Shown here piece after piece: positions 10,609 through 21,486 of a stretch of DNA of 44,000 nt. The DNA is from Chiloscyllium plagiosum (Eukaryota): NCBI RefSeq assembly GCF_004010195.1, contig NC_057753.1, positions 5,086,462 to 5,130,461 of the forward strand, written 5' to 3'. Numbering within the stretch: the stretch's first letter is position 1; every line of letters begins with the position of its first letter. Made by a program: the position numbers and the translations under genes. The notes beneath the pieces are model-generated. The model was not told the origin of the DNA. It worked only from the letters and a program-made list of their open reading frames with translations, and ran no database searches.

Positions 10609-10894
10609 GAATCAGTTTTTTTTTCCCTCGACTTCTGGAAACATTCACTCTGATCGTTCCTCCAACAGATGCTTCCGGACCGACTGCATTCTCTGCATCT
10701 GTTTCAATTCTCCCAAGCCTGGCTGCAGAGCGAAGATAAATCCACCAAAATCAGAACCCGTTCACCTCCCCCCCCGGCCACGGGGACTGTGAGGTGCTTG
10801 GTCACCCAGGCCGAAGGTCGTTACCCTGGGCCCCTCAGGCGGAAGGAGCTGGTATCCTCTCATTCAGGATAGGCTGAAGGTATTTAACTTGGTA

Positions 10895-11022
10895 AAACCA
10901 ATGACTGCAGATGCTGGAAACCAGATTCGGGATTAGTGGTGCTGGAAGAGCACAGCAGTTCAGGCAGCATCCGCGGAGCAGGAAAATTGACGTTTCGCGC
11001 TAAAGCCCTTCATCAGGAATAA
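10895..11022 (-). mobile_element. Short Penelope-derived element with a minimal hammerhead ribozyme motif
   Basis: Minus strand: attcCTGATGAagggctttagcgcGAAAcGTCaattttcctgc...ttccagcatctgcagtc. Confidence 0.75.
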
Positions 11023-11029
11023 AAGATTT

Positions 11030-11770
11030 TTAATGCAGCTCTCCGCCCAGCCCAGCCGCCTGCTCCAGACCGCTCCCCTGGACTTGCACTGGCTGCCAAT
11101 TTCCGCGCGCCCGCTTGTCTTCACTTCCAGGGTCCATGCTAGGTCACAATGGGTGATTGACGGCGGTTCACAACCAATAGAAAGGGGGCAGTCGAGCCAG
11201 GAGAACCTTCGGCGCCGCTGGTCCTCCAACCAATAAGGAAGGAATGGGGCGGGGTTGGAGGTCTGAGGGTGGGTGTGTTTGCCTGCGTCTGGTCCTCCAA
11301 CCAATAGGAGAAACGGTAAGGGGCTGGAGGACCAAGGGGTGTGAGGCTGGTCCTCCAACCAATAAGGAGGGAATAGGGCGGTGCTGGAGGACAGAGGGTG
11401 CATTCGGCTGGTCCGCTAACCAGTAGGAAGGAGAGAGGCGGGGCTGGAGGACCCAGTGTGCGCGGCTGGTCCTCCGGCCGCCCGAGCAGCACGTGTGTTG
11501 CCACCGTCCCCGCGACTGAGGACTTCATGAATCTTCAGGGTTTTGGAAACGGTGAAAGGAGAGGAGCGGTGCCAGTGCAGACTAGAAGGTCTCAGAAACG
11601 CCCGTACAGGCCGCCAGAACCTAACGAGAAACTTTCGGTCTCCAGTTGGCAGCAAAAAGCTGTGTGGCGCAGGCGCCATCTTGGTTGGGGGCAATATTCT
11701 GCAGGGTGCCTCTTCGGTCGCCATTTTTAATAGGGGCAATGTGGAACAATTTCTTCGTCTCGAGTAGTGG
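11030..11770. promoter_or_regulatory. CpG-rich, probably bidirectional promoter (ZNF gene 1 on -, ZNF relic on +)
   Basis: High GC and CpG; CCAAT at 11174, 11230, 11301 and 11359; GC boxes; paired GCCATYTT motifs; donor-like ACG|GTGAAA at 11552. Confidence 0.75.
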
Positions 11771-11932
11771 GGACAATAGTACATATCAAATTCAGACCAG
11801 AGAAATGTTCATCTCCTGACTATTTTGGATTCCAGCATCTGCAGGTTTTTTTTGTCTGTTATTCTTTATTCGAATTCTTATCTTGGACTGAAATGTAAGG
11901 CCTTTTTTTTTAACTGTAAACTCCATTTACAG

Positions 11933-12115
11933 GTATATTGAATGAGACTGCAGATTGGACCTTAAACATCACAGCAAGATCTGGCAGGCAGTCACTCAAT
12001 GCATCAGGATCTGAATATCATCAGCTTTTGAATAGGGAAGGAGAAGGGTTTGTCTGGTCTGTCTGTTGGAAACTATTTTCAACTTATAAAAATGGAAAAG
12101 ATAATACGAGGGAAT
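11933..12115 (+). pseudogene. Truncated ZNF terminal-exon relic
   Basis: Acceptor ccatttacag|G; leader similar to the ZNF2 exon start (caagatctg..cagtcactc..catc); degenerate finger start EGEGFVWSVCWKLF; cut off by the CR1 at about 12147. Confidence 0.65.
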
Positions 12116-12146
12116 GAATAAAAAGTAAGTGAATTTTTAAAACTGA

Positions 12147-13770
12147 AGTCATAGAATGGTACATCGCAGAAACAGACCCTTTGGTCCAATTTAATAGTGC
12201 TGATCAGATATCTCAAATTAATCTCATCCCATTTGCCAGCATTTGGCCAATATCCCTCCAAACCCTTCCAATTCATACACCTAAGCAGATGCCTTTTAAA
12301 TGTTGTAATTGTACCAGCTTCCACCACTTCCTCCTACAGCTCATTCAACACACACACCATCCTCGGTGAGAAAAGGTTGCCCCTTCGGTCTAGTTCTGGA
12401 CTTCCCCACCCAGAGAAAAAACCTTGGCTATTCCCCCTATTGATGCCCCTCATGATTTTATAAACCTCTTTATAATGTCATTCCTCAGCTGGCGATGCTT
12501 CAAAAAAGACAGCCCCAGTCTATTCAGGCTCTCCCTATAACACAAACCTTCCAATCCTAGCAACGTCCTTGTAGATTTTGTTTGAACCCATTCAAGTTTC
12601 ACAACATCCTTCCTACAGGAGGAAGACCAGAATTGAACGCAGTATTCTAAAAGTGGTCTAACCAATATCCTGTTCAGCTACAGCATGACCTCCCAACTCC
12701 AATACTCAATGCATTGATCAATAAAGACAAACGTACCAAACACCTTCACTATCCTGTCTGTTACTTTCAAGAAACTGTGAACCTGTGAAACTTTGTTCAG
12801 CAACACTTCCCAGGACTTTAACATTAAGTGTATAAGTCCTTCCCTGATTTGACTTTCCAAAATGCAGCACCTCATATTTATCTAAATTAAACTCCATCTG
12901 CCACTCCTCAGCTCACTGGCCCATCTGATTAAGGTCCTATTGCACGCTGGAGTGACCTTCTTCACTGTCTAGTATACCTCCAATTTTGGTGTAATCTGCA
13001 AACTTACTAACCGTACCTCCTATGTTCACATCCAAATCATTTATATAAATGACGAAAAGCAGTGGACCCAGCACTGATCCTTGTGGCATACTATTGGTCA
13101 CAGGCCTCCAATCTAAAAACCAACCCTCCGCCACCATGATCTGTCTTCGACCTTTGAGCCAGTTCTATATTCAAATGGCTAGTTCTCCCTGTATCCCATG
13201 TGATCTAACCAGTCTACCATGTTGAATGCTTTACTGAAGTCCATATATATCACATCCATCTCTCTACCCTCATCAATCCTCTTTGTTACTTCTTCAAAAA
13301 CTCAAATCAAATTAGTGATACGTGATTTTCCACAGTATATGTGCCTTTCCAAATATATGTAAATCCTGTCCCTCAGGCTCACCGGTCCCTAGTTCCCTGG
13401 CTTTTCCATACCACCTTTCTTAAATAGTGGCATCATGTTAGCCAATCTTCAGTCTTTCGGCACCTCACCTGTGGCTATCAGTGATACAAATATCTCAGCA
13501 ATCACTTCCCAGGCCTCCTGCAGAGTTTAAGGGTACACATGATTAGGTCCTAGGGATTTATCCATCCTTTTGCATTTTAAGTATCTCGTCTTCTATAATA
13601 TGGACATTTTTCAAGATGTCACTATTTATTTCCCAAAGTTCTCTAGCTTGCATGTCCTTAAACAATGATGCAAAATACTCATTTAGTATCTCCTTGTTCT
13701 CCACACATAGATGGCCTTGTTGATCTTTAAGGGGCCCCATTCTCTCCTAGTTACTGTTTTGTCCTTAAAC
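12147..13770 (-). mobile_element. CR1/HER1 LINE (RT to 3' end), decayed
   Basis: PQGSVLGPLLFVIYINDL..KFADYTK; VRPLLEYCVQFWS. Confidence 0.92.
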
Positions 13771-14069
13771 TGCTGTTGAACTGGGAGTCTCCATTGTTCA
13801 ATGGGTAAAGTTGTGACAGCGAAAGAGACATGGTTTAAATGGGAGATAAATATAGATGATTGCAAGTTTTTAAAGAGTTGAATTTCAGGGCACAGCTAGC
13901 AAGGTGTCAGCATTGTCCAGACTAGAGGTAACAGAGGAAAGGATGAGACCTTTAGAAACAATTCACCTGAGGTAAAATGAGGTCATGTTACAGAAGTGCA
14001 TCACCCTATCACAGACCCTACAAACCCCTTTCACTTACTAAAACTCTATGACATTTCTATCTTTCCTCA

Positions 14070-14145
14070 GTTCTGATGAAGGATGATCATAAGCAAAATA
14101 TTCATTCTCTTTCTGTCCACAGACGTGCTGAGAACTTTCTGTTTG
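14070..14145 (+). mobile_element. Degenerate hammerhead-type short element
   Basis: agttCTGATGAagga...ctctttctgtccacagacgtgctgag. Confidence 0.4.
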
Positions 14146-14269
14146 AACTGCTGAAGTTGATGATAGGAACTGTGTGATTGAAAGCTGCTCTTGCAGTGCA
14201 ATATTTTGCCATTGTTATGAACATTCTGGTCTGGCCTCAGACAGTTTCCAGCGAGTGGGTGGAGTTTCA

Positions 14270-14345
14270 GAAGGGACAGAAAACAATGGCTTCAGTCATC
14301 CCAATGTTAAAATGGAGGACATTTCTACTTATCCAGGAGTGGGTA
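14270..14345 (-). mobile_element. L2-clade LINE RT fragment
   Basis: Minus strand reads WISRNVLHFNIGMTEAIVF, resembling the L2 motif WMxxNFLQLNxxKTExIVF. Confidence 0.55.
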
Positions 14346-14539
14346 TCAGGCATGTCAGGGCAGTACATGACTTGGAGGTTCACATACACATGCTTCCTTG
14401 ATCCTTTTCCATGGTGAAGATTGAAGCACTGCAAGATCCTGTCAAAATGCTAGCTAAGTTGAAGCAATATAAATTCTTCCTCTGCTAGCCGCTGCCTCTC
14501 CCAGCTATTTCTCTCATTATGTTACTCTCCACCTCTCGC

Positions 14540-15045
14540 TCATAGAATCATACAGCACTGAAACAGATCCTTCAGCCCAACTTGTCCATGCCAACCAGGT
14601 CACCCAAACTAAATTACAATAGTCTCATTTGTTTGCATCCAGCACATATCCCTCTAAACCATTCCTCTTCATGTACTTGTCCAAATATCTTTTAAAAGTT
14701 GTAACTGTAGCTGCATATAGTACTTCCTCTGGCAGTTCATTCTACATATGAATATCTCTCTGTGTGAAAATGTTATCCTTCAGGTCCCTTTTAAATCTTT
14801 CTCCCCTCACCTTAAAATTATGCCCTCTAGCTTTGGACTCTCCTATCTTCCCTATGTCTGTCATGATTTTATAAACCCCTATAAGGTCACTCCTCAATCT
14901 CCTATGCTCCAATGATAAAAAGACCCAGATTATCCAGCCTCTCCTTACAACTCAAACCCTCCAGACTCGGCAACATCCTTGCAAATCTTTTCTGTGCCCT
15001 TTCCAATTTAATAACATACTTCCTAAGCAAGGTGACCAGAACTCT
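14540..15045 (-). mobile_element. CR1/HER1 LINE 3' fragment
   Basis: LERAQKRFARMLPSLEGLSCKERLDNLGLF and 3' tail. Confidence 0.88.
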
Positions 15046-15282
15046 ATACACCAACTTCCTGTCCAGCCCCCAACTGCCACTCCAAAACAGGCCAGATTGA
15101 GAGAGTAAGGGTAGAGTCCTTTCCATGAAGGACATTAGTGAACCAGTTGGGGTTTTATGACAACCTAGGTGGCTCTATGGAAACTTTTTTCCTAGTACTG
15201 GCACCACAAAGTGTCAGATTCATTCAGTTAAATTTCATTGTGTTTTTGTTGGTTATCGCTCACATTCTTTCTCTTTTAACTC

Positions 15283-15612
15283 TGTTGCTTGTCATGAATT
15301 CGACTGGGACAACACTACTATTATAGGACAAGCCAAACAGAGAACAGCCAGGGAATTCCTAGAGACATGGCACTCATCCACACAGATTCAATCAATAAGC
15401 ACATCGACCTGGACCCAATATACCGACCACTGCAACGGACAGCTGGAACTGACAACCGGAAGCGGCAGATTCAAACCACTATAAATGCAGGAGGAAACAT
15501 CACAGAAGTGTTTCACAGGAGGCTCCCAAGCACTGAGGATGTCACCTAGACAGTCGGCGAACAGAACCACAACAACGAGCACCCGAGCTACAAATCTTCT
15601 CACAAACTTTGA
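15283..15612 (+). mobile_element. Penelope-like element 3' fragment (GIY-YIG C-terminus plus pseudo-LTR)
   Basis: HEFDWDNTTIIGQAKQRTAREFLETWHS..SINKHIDLDPIY; closely similar to 43459-43775; part of the hammerhead is deleted. Confidence 0.88.
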
Positions 15613-15800
15613 ATTTACTCTATTAATACCCTCTACCTCCGCGGTCTTCGGTGGTTGACTGGGCTACCCTCAACTGCAGCATTGAATTTTGGAAGCAAAG
15701 TTTCCTTTCAGCTGAATTTCTAGCTCCATTCCAGTATGATATTATTAACTTCAGAACTTTAGTAACAGTTCATGAATTGATAGAGTCAATAAAGATAAAT

Positions 15801-16477
15801 TGTTACACACAGAAAAAAGCAGCAATATCTCTGTCTGGAATAAGCTTTTAAAGGACGAAAGCAAGCTGTCACAGAGGGGATTCAGACCAATTAGCCATGT
15901 CTGGGAGCAGAAGGGGTTGCGGCTAAACAAACAAAGCTGTTTTGACACATACTTGATAACTGGCTACTTTACGCCACTAGGACAGCTGATTGCCCTGCAG
16001 AAGAATGTAAGGAATTAATCATAGGAAAGCTCTGTCTTCAAGCAGACAGCAAACACTGAATGTAACAAGAATCAAACAAGTCATTTCTGATAAGGAAGCA
16101 AGCTGCAGACCTGATGCTTCTGGAGGAGTAATCAATATTTTGGATAAAATTATCTATAGAATCATCAATAATATCACATTATAGACCTGAAGAATGAAAC
16201 TCTATATGCATACGAATCCGACACCATAACCCTTCATTTGCATAACTTCCAGGAAAAACACTGTATAAAGATCAAACCCTGGACGTCAGAGACACTATTG
16301 TAACTAAATTTAATTGGGTAATAGCCAAGTTGAATTGTGAGGCTTAACTTGTTAATGTGAGGGGTCCTATTTTGGTTGCTACATGCAATAAAGTTTAAAT
16401 CATTGCTTCAGTACTTCACTGTCTGTGAGATTTCTTAATAAATAGCCGAATTAAAGTTGATGATTCACCCACAACAC
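15801..16477 (+). mobile_element. Possible solo LTR
   Basis: TGTTAC...ACAACA ends, TATA-like at about 16264, AATAAA at about 16388; no clear TSD. Confidence 0.4.
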
Positions 16478-16607
16478 CAGTCTTTTGTCCACACCTTCCC
16501 ATTGGAAAAGGTCTGAAAATAGCATGAGTTGTTATCTCTCAGATTTGGCAAAGACTGGATACGCAGCAGAAATCAGGCTGTTGACCATCCTTGATACAGC
16601 CACAGAG

Positions 16608-16930
16608 CTAGATTAGATTAGATTCCCTACAGTGTGGAATCAGGCCCTTCGGCCCAACAAGTCCACACCGACCCTCCGAAGAGTAGCCCACCCAGACCCA
16701 TTTCCCTCTGACTAATACACCTAACACTATGGGCAATTTAGCATGACCAATTCACCCTGACCTGCACATCTTGGACTGTGGGAGGAAACTGGAGCACCCG
16801 GAGGAAACCCACGCAGACACGGGGAGAATGTGTAAGCTCTACACAGGGAGTCGCCCGAGGCTGGAATCGAACCTGGGACCATGGTGCTATGGGGCAGCAC
16901 TGCTTACCACTGAGCCACTGTGCTGCCCAC
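16608..16930 (-). mobile_element. HE1-like SINE, full length
   Basis: (TAGAT)n tail, body, reverse-complement tRNA head. Confidence 0.9.
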
Positions 16931-17222
16931 TTGCAGCAAGTTTTGCATCAAGAGAAAGAGGCCCTTTGGCCCATTGTGTCTGCACTCCTGATCAAACATC
17001 CATCTATTCATTCTAATTCTATTTTCCAGCACTTGGTCTGGTGTGGCATTTCAAGTGCCCATCAAATGCTTTTTAAATGTCTTGAGGGTTACTGTCTCTG
17101 CCACCCTTTTAGACGGTGAGTTCCAGAAACCGGCTACTCCCTAAGTGAGAAAAAGCTTTTGTTAAATTCCCTCGAAATGTCCTACTCCTCACCTTAAAAA
17201 CTATGCCCCCCGGTTGTTGACT

Positions 17223-17647
17223 TGAGAATGTGTATCAGGTATGAGCAGGTAGGGAAAGAGTTAAGTTTTGTGAAACAAGAGGTTCAGCTGAACATGACTC
17301 AGATCAGATAAGAAGCAGCAGTTAACAATGGGGTGCTGGAGGCAAGGGTAATGGGTTAACAAAGTGGAACAGCATTCATTATGTGGAGCCAAATAACAAT
17401 ATTGGAAGCATTCAATATGTACGGTCAGTTAACAAGGTGACAGTATTCATTATGTGAAGCCAGTTAAGGTTGAGAACATTCATTGTGTAACAGCAGATGG
17501 CTTAATCTTTATTGTTGACGCTTGCTGATTGTAACGGTCACCCAATCAATATGTATGTTGCCTTATCTGGATGCTCCTCCCTTTAAAATGGCCATATAAT
17601 TCGTTAAGAATCTGCTGTTCAACAGAAGACCGTGAACCCACATCTTG
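17223..17647 (+). mobile_element. LTR fragment, same family as 7533-8085, 3'-truncated
   Basis: Collinear similarity over about 420 bp from the same 5' TG. Confidence 0.85.
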
Positions 17648-17832
17648 GGCGGTACGGTGGCCCAGTGGTTAGCACTGCTGCCTCACAGCGCCAGAGACCC
17701 GGGTTCAATTCCCGCCTCAGGCGACTGACTGTGTGGAGTTTGCACATTCTCCCCGTGTCTGCGTGGGTTTCCTCCGGGTGCTCCGGTTTTCTCCCACAGT
17801 CCAAAGATGTGCAGGTCAGGTGAATTGGCCAG
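17648..17832 (+). mobile_element. HE1-like SINE, 3'-truncated
   Basis: A and B box head plus body. Confidence 0.9.
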
Positions 17833-17853
17833 GGGAAATGGAATGCCAAACTG

Positions 17854-18188
17854 ATTAGATTAGATTAGATTCCCTACAGTGTGGAAACAGGACCTTCGGC
17901 CCAACAGGTCCACACCGACCCTCCGAAGAGCAATCCATTCAGACCCATTCCCCTACATCTACCCCTGACTAATGCACCTAATATTACGGGCAATTTAGCA
18001 TGGCCAATTCACCTGAGCTGCACATTTTTGGACTGTGGGAGGAAACCAAAGCACCCAAAGGAAACCCACGCAGACACGGGGGGGGGGGAAGAGAGAATGT
18101 GCAAACTCCACACAGATAGTTGCCCGAGGTGGCGTTTGAACTGGGGTCCCTGGTGCTGTGAGGCAGTAGTGCGAACCACAGAGCCATG
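17854..18188 (-). mobile_element. HE1-like SINE
   Basis: (ATTAG)n tail, body and head in reverse. Confidence 0.9.
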
Positions 18189-18758
18189 CAAATGTTTATC
18201 CCTATCTATGCCACTCAGAACTTTGATCCCTTCCCAGCCTCCTCTGCCTGAAGGAATACAACCCCAGCCTGTCTAGCCTGCCTTCACAGCTGAATCACTG
18301 CAGCCCAAGCAACATCCTGAATTGAATCGCCTCGGAACCTCTGTAGTTTCATCACATCCTTCCTATAATGTGGAGACCAGACCTGTAAACAGGCCATAGC
18401 TGGAGTATTAATGGTACGTACAGCTCCATCATAACCTCTTGCTCTTGTATTTGATTTAAACAATAAAGACAAGTGTCTCATATGTCGCCTTAACTATCAT
18501 ATCCAACTGACCTACTGCCTCAGAGGATCTATGGACATGCACATTCTCTGATCCTCTGTACTTGCTTAGGTCCTGCCATTCAAAATGTATTTCTTTGCCT
18601 TGTTGGACCTTCCAAAATGCATCATGTCACACTTTTCAGGATAAAATTCCATTCGCCATTGTTCAGCCCGCCTGACCAGTCCATTAATATTATCCTCTCG
18701 TCTAAGGCTTTCTCCTTAATATTTACACCACCATATTTTGTATCATTTAGGAACATAG

Positions 18759-19511
18759 TGTTATGAAGTCAAACGAGTGCATGTTCACTTTAAATAGAAA
18801 GTGTTTTCTGAATATTAAACTTAAACTACAGGCTAAGTTGTCTGAATGGAAAGACTGAAAGACGAGCTGTTCCAAAATAGATACATGTCACAATTGGCTG
18901 GTAAATGGATACCTGAGCTTTGGTTGCTGTTTTGACAACAGTTAGAATTTAACCAATTAGTTTAAATTATGTGCAGGTTGCCAAAACCCAATCAAGTTTG
19001 AATTTATCGTTTTGACAACACCGGACCAATGACAGGGAACAATGTTTGGGGATTATAAAACCAGAGCATTTTGAAGGTTTGGTCAGAGCTAATTGCCCAT
19101 TTAATATCTTGCACTCAAAGAAAGAAGAAGGCACTCTCTAACGATAGGTACCTTTTCCTGTAAAAGCAATAAAAAGAAAGACAACCCAGGGAGATCAGCA
19201 GATGAAAAACCGAAGACAGCAGAGAAGACAGAGTGTGTGGACTTGAGGTTAAGTTATTGTAATGTTTAATTTTGTTATTGAAGCACCATTTTTTTGGAAT
19301 TGGGGTCATATAGCAATTGGTTACAAAGAAGAGTGTTCAGTTTGATAATAGCTTTGATTAGTGTTCACTATTAGAGTTAGGAAAATAAATTATTATTTCT
19401 CTTTAAATCGTGGAAATTAGGATTTGTCTGTCACGCACTCATATTTTAACAGAGTTATGAGATGAGGCGAGCCTGTCTGGGTATTTAGTTTTAATTAACA
19501 GCATCGTAACA
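18759..19511 (+). mobile_element. Solo LTR (Gypsy-like), 753 bp
   Basis: TGTTATGA...TCGTAACA termini; 4-bp TSD ATAG (18755-58 and 19512-15) splitting a CR1 tail; TATAAAA at about 19054. Confidence 0.8.
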
Positions 19512-20058
19512 ATAGGAACAGGAGTAGACATTCTGCAACTTGAGCTTGCTCTGCCATTCAATAAGATCAAGGCTGATTGGTGAACTAACTCCATTTACTG
19601 CTTTGGGCCTGTATCCCTCGATACCCTTCCCTAAAAAAATTGTATTTCAGATTTAAATTTAGCTATTGAATTAGCATTGACCGCCATTTGAGGAAGAGTG
19701 TTCCAAACCTCCAATACTCTTTGCATGTAGAAGTGCTTTAATAACATCTCTCCTGAATGGTCTGGTCCAAATTCTTAATCTATGCCTACTGGTTTCAGAA
19801 TCTTCACCAGTGGAATTAGTTTATCTTTGTCAACCCTGTCTTTCCCAAATAATAACCTGTTGACCTTAATTAAATCACACCTTAATCTTATAAATTCTAC
19901 AGTAAAGGCCTAACTTATCTCATCTCTCCTCATAACTTAACCCTTGAAGTCCAGGTATCATTCTTGTAAACCCTGCGTTGAACTCCTTCCAGCGCCAAAA
20001 CATCATTCCCAAGGTTGATACCCAGGTCTTCTCACTGTACTAAGTGGCGCCTAACTGA
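19512..20058 (-). mobile_element. CR1 LINE 3' fragment
   Basis: ggaacaggagtag tail and ORF2 C-terminal motifs in reverse. Confidence 0.75.
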
Positions 20059-20059
20059 T

Positions 20060-20612
20060 GATAGCTCAGCTTCTTAAACAATAAGTGTGAAGTCTGTCTG
20101 TGTCCCAATGCTATCAGACTGACAAACCCTTGGTATAGTTTTACACTGATTCATGCAGTTTTTGAGCAAAAACAATGTAATTCTGCCAATTTATTTTTCT
20201 CAAAAACTGCATGAGTCCATGTAAAACTCTGTAAAACTATACAGAGAGTTTGTCAGTCTGACATAGCATTGGGACACAGACAGACTTCACACCTATTGTT
20301 TAAAAAGCTGAGCTATCTTGAGAATGTAATTTAAAAGTAGTTCTGGGATTTACAGATCAAAGAACAGAAAACAGCATTTCCCATTATAAAAGATGGAAAT
20401 TTTAATCTAAGATTGTTTTACTGTATCACATCTCCATGACACTGGTCTCCTTTGGCTATAAATTCTGTGAGCATGATCTTAACCTCCACAACCACCTGAT
20501 GAAGGAGCAGTGGTCTGAAAGTTATTGCTTCCAAATAACTGGATGATAACCTGGTGTTGTGTGATTTTGTTTTTAACATCCTCGCTAGTCCAACACCAGC
20601 ACCTCCAAGTCA
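20060..20612 (+). mobile_element. Penelope-like pseudo-LTR with inverted 5' duplication and hammerhead motif
   Basis: Palindrome 20060-20317; CTGATGA at 20496 and GAAA at 20517; 3' end ...tccaacaccagcacctccaagtcat shared with the copies at 33281 and 42013. Confidence 0.75.
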
Positions 20613-20644
20613 TATAGATCATTAAAAGTTAAAGATTTCACAGT

Positions 20645-20838
20645 CCCAGAGGGCTGCTCTCTTATTACAGAGAGAGAGAGCGCCAACTGGTGGTGAGTTT
20701 AACCTGAAGGTCACCACACCGCAGAGGTGTGGTTGAGCAGGAAGACCTTCATGGTAACCCCAGCCAGTGCATGAAATGAATCCGCACTGTTGGTGTCACT
20801 CTACATTGCAAACTAGCCGTCCAGCCAACTCAACCTGC
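20645..20838 (-). mobile_element. Second tRNA-like SINE family
   Basis: Same body as 25200-25380 (gttaccatgaagg...ccttcaggt..accaccagt..(CT)n). Confidence 0.65.
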
Positions 20839-21486
20839 TTTCAGAGCATTAAGGTGTAGAAAGAATAGCAATTGATACAGAGCCGAACCCTGTGGTACAC
20901 AACTGGACACAGGCTTCCATTCACAAAACACCCTTCCACCATCACCCTCTGCTTCCTCCTACTAAGAAACATTTGGATCCAATTCCCCAAATTACCCTGG
21001 ATCCTGTGGACTCTTGGCTTTTTAACCAGATTACCACATGAAATCTTGACAAAAACCTAACTGAAGTCCACGTAGACGGTATTAACTGCACTAACCTCAT
21101 TTACATGCCTAGTCACGTCCTTGCCAAATTCATTTAAATTTGAGAGACATGATCTCCCCCTTACATAGGTATGCTGACTGTCCTTGATTAATCCAGGGTA
21201 ATTTGGTGAATTGGATCCAAATTTTGCTTAGTAGGAGGAAGCAGAGGGTGATGGTGGAAGGGTGTTTTATGAATGGAAGCCTGTGTCCAGTGGTGTATCA
21301 CAGGGTTCGGCTCTGGGTCCATTGCTGTTTGTTCTGCACATTAATGCTCTGAAAGCAGGCTCAGTTGGCTGGACAGCTGGTTTGCAATGTAGAGTGACAC
21401 CAACAGTGCGGATTCATTTCATGCACTGGCTGGGGTTACCATGAAGGTCATCCTGCTCAACCACACCTCTGCGGCGTGGTGACCTT
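20707..21486. repeat. Inverted duplication with about 296-bp arms (20707-21002 and 21191-21486)
   Basis: The arms are reverse complements spanning a SINE/CR1 junction; 188-bp spacer. Confidence 0.92.

Larger units (their letters stand above)
16945..18745 (-). mobile_element. Old CR1 fragment interrupted by an LTR and SINEs (17223-18188)
   Basis: CR1 3' motifs at 16945-17220; WSPHYRKD and RT-downstream motifs at 18190-18745. Confidence 0.7.

Noticed and set aside
10960..11784. Several 110-147-aa ORFs
   Set aside because: They arise from stop-poor GC-rich promoter repeats
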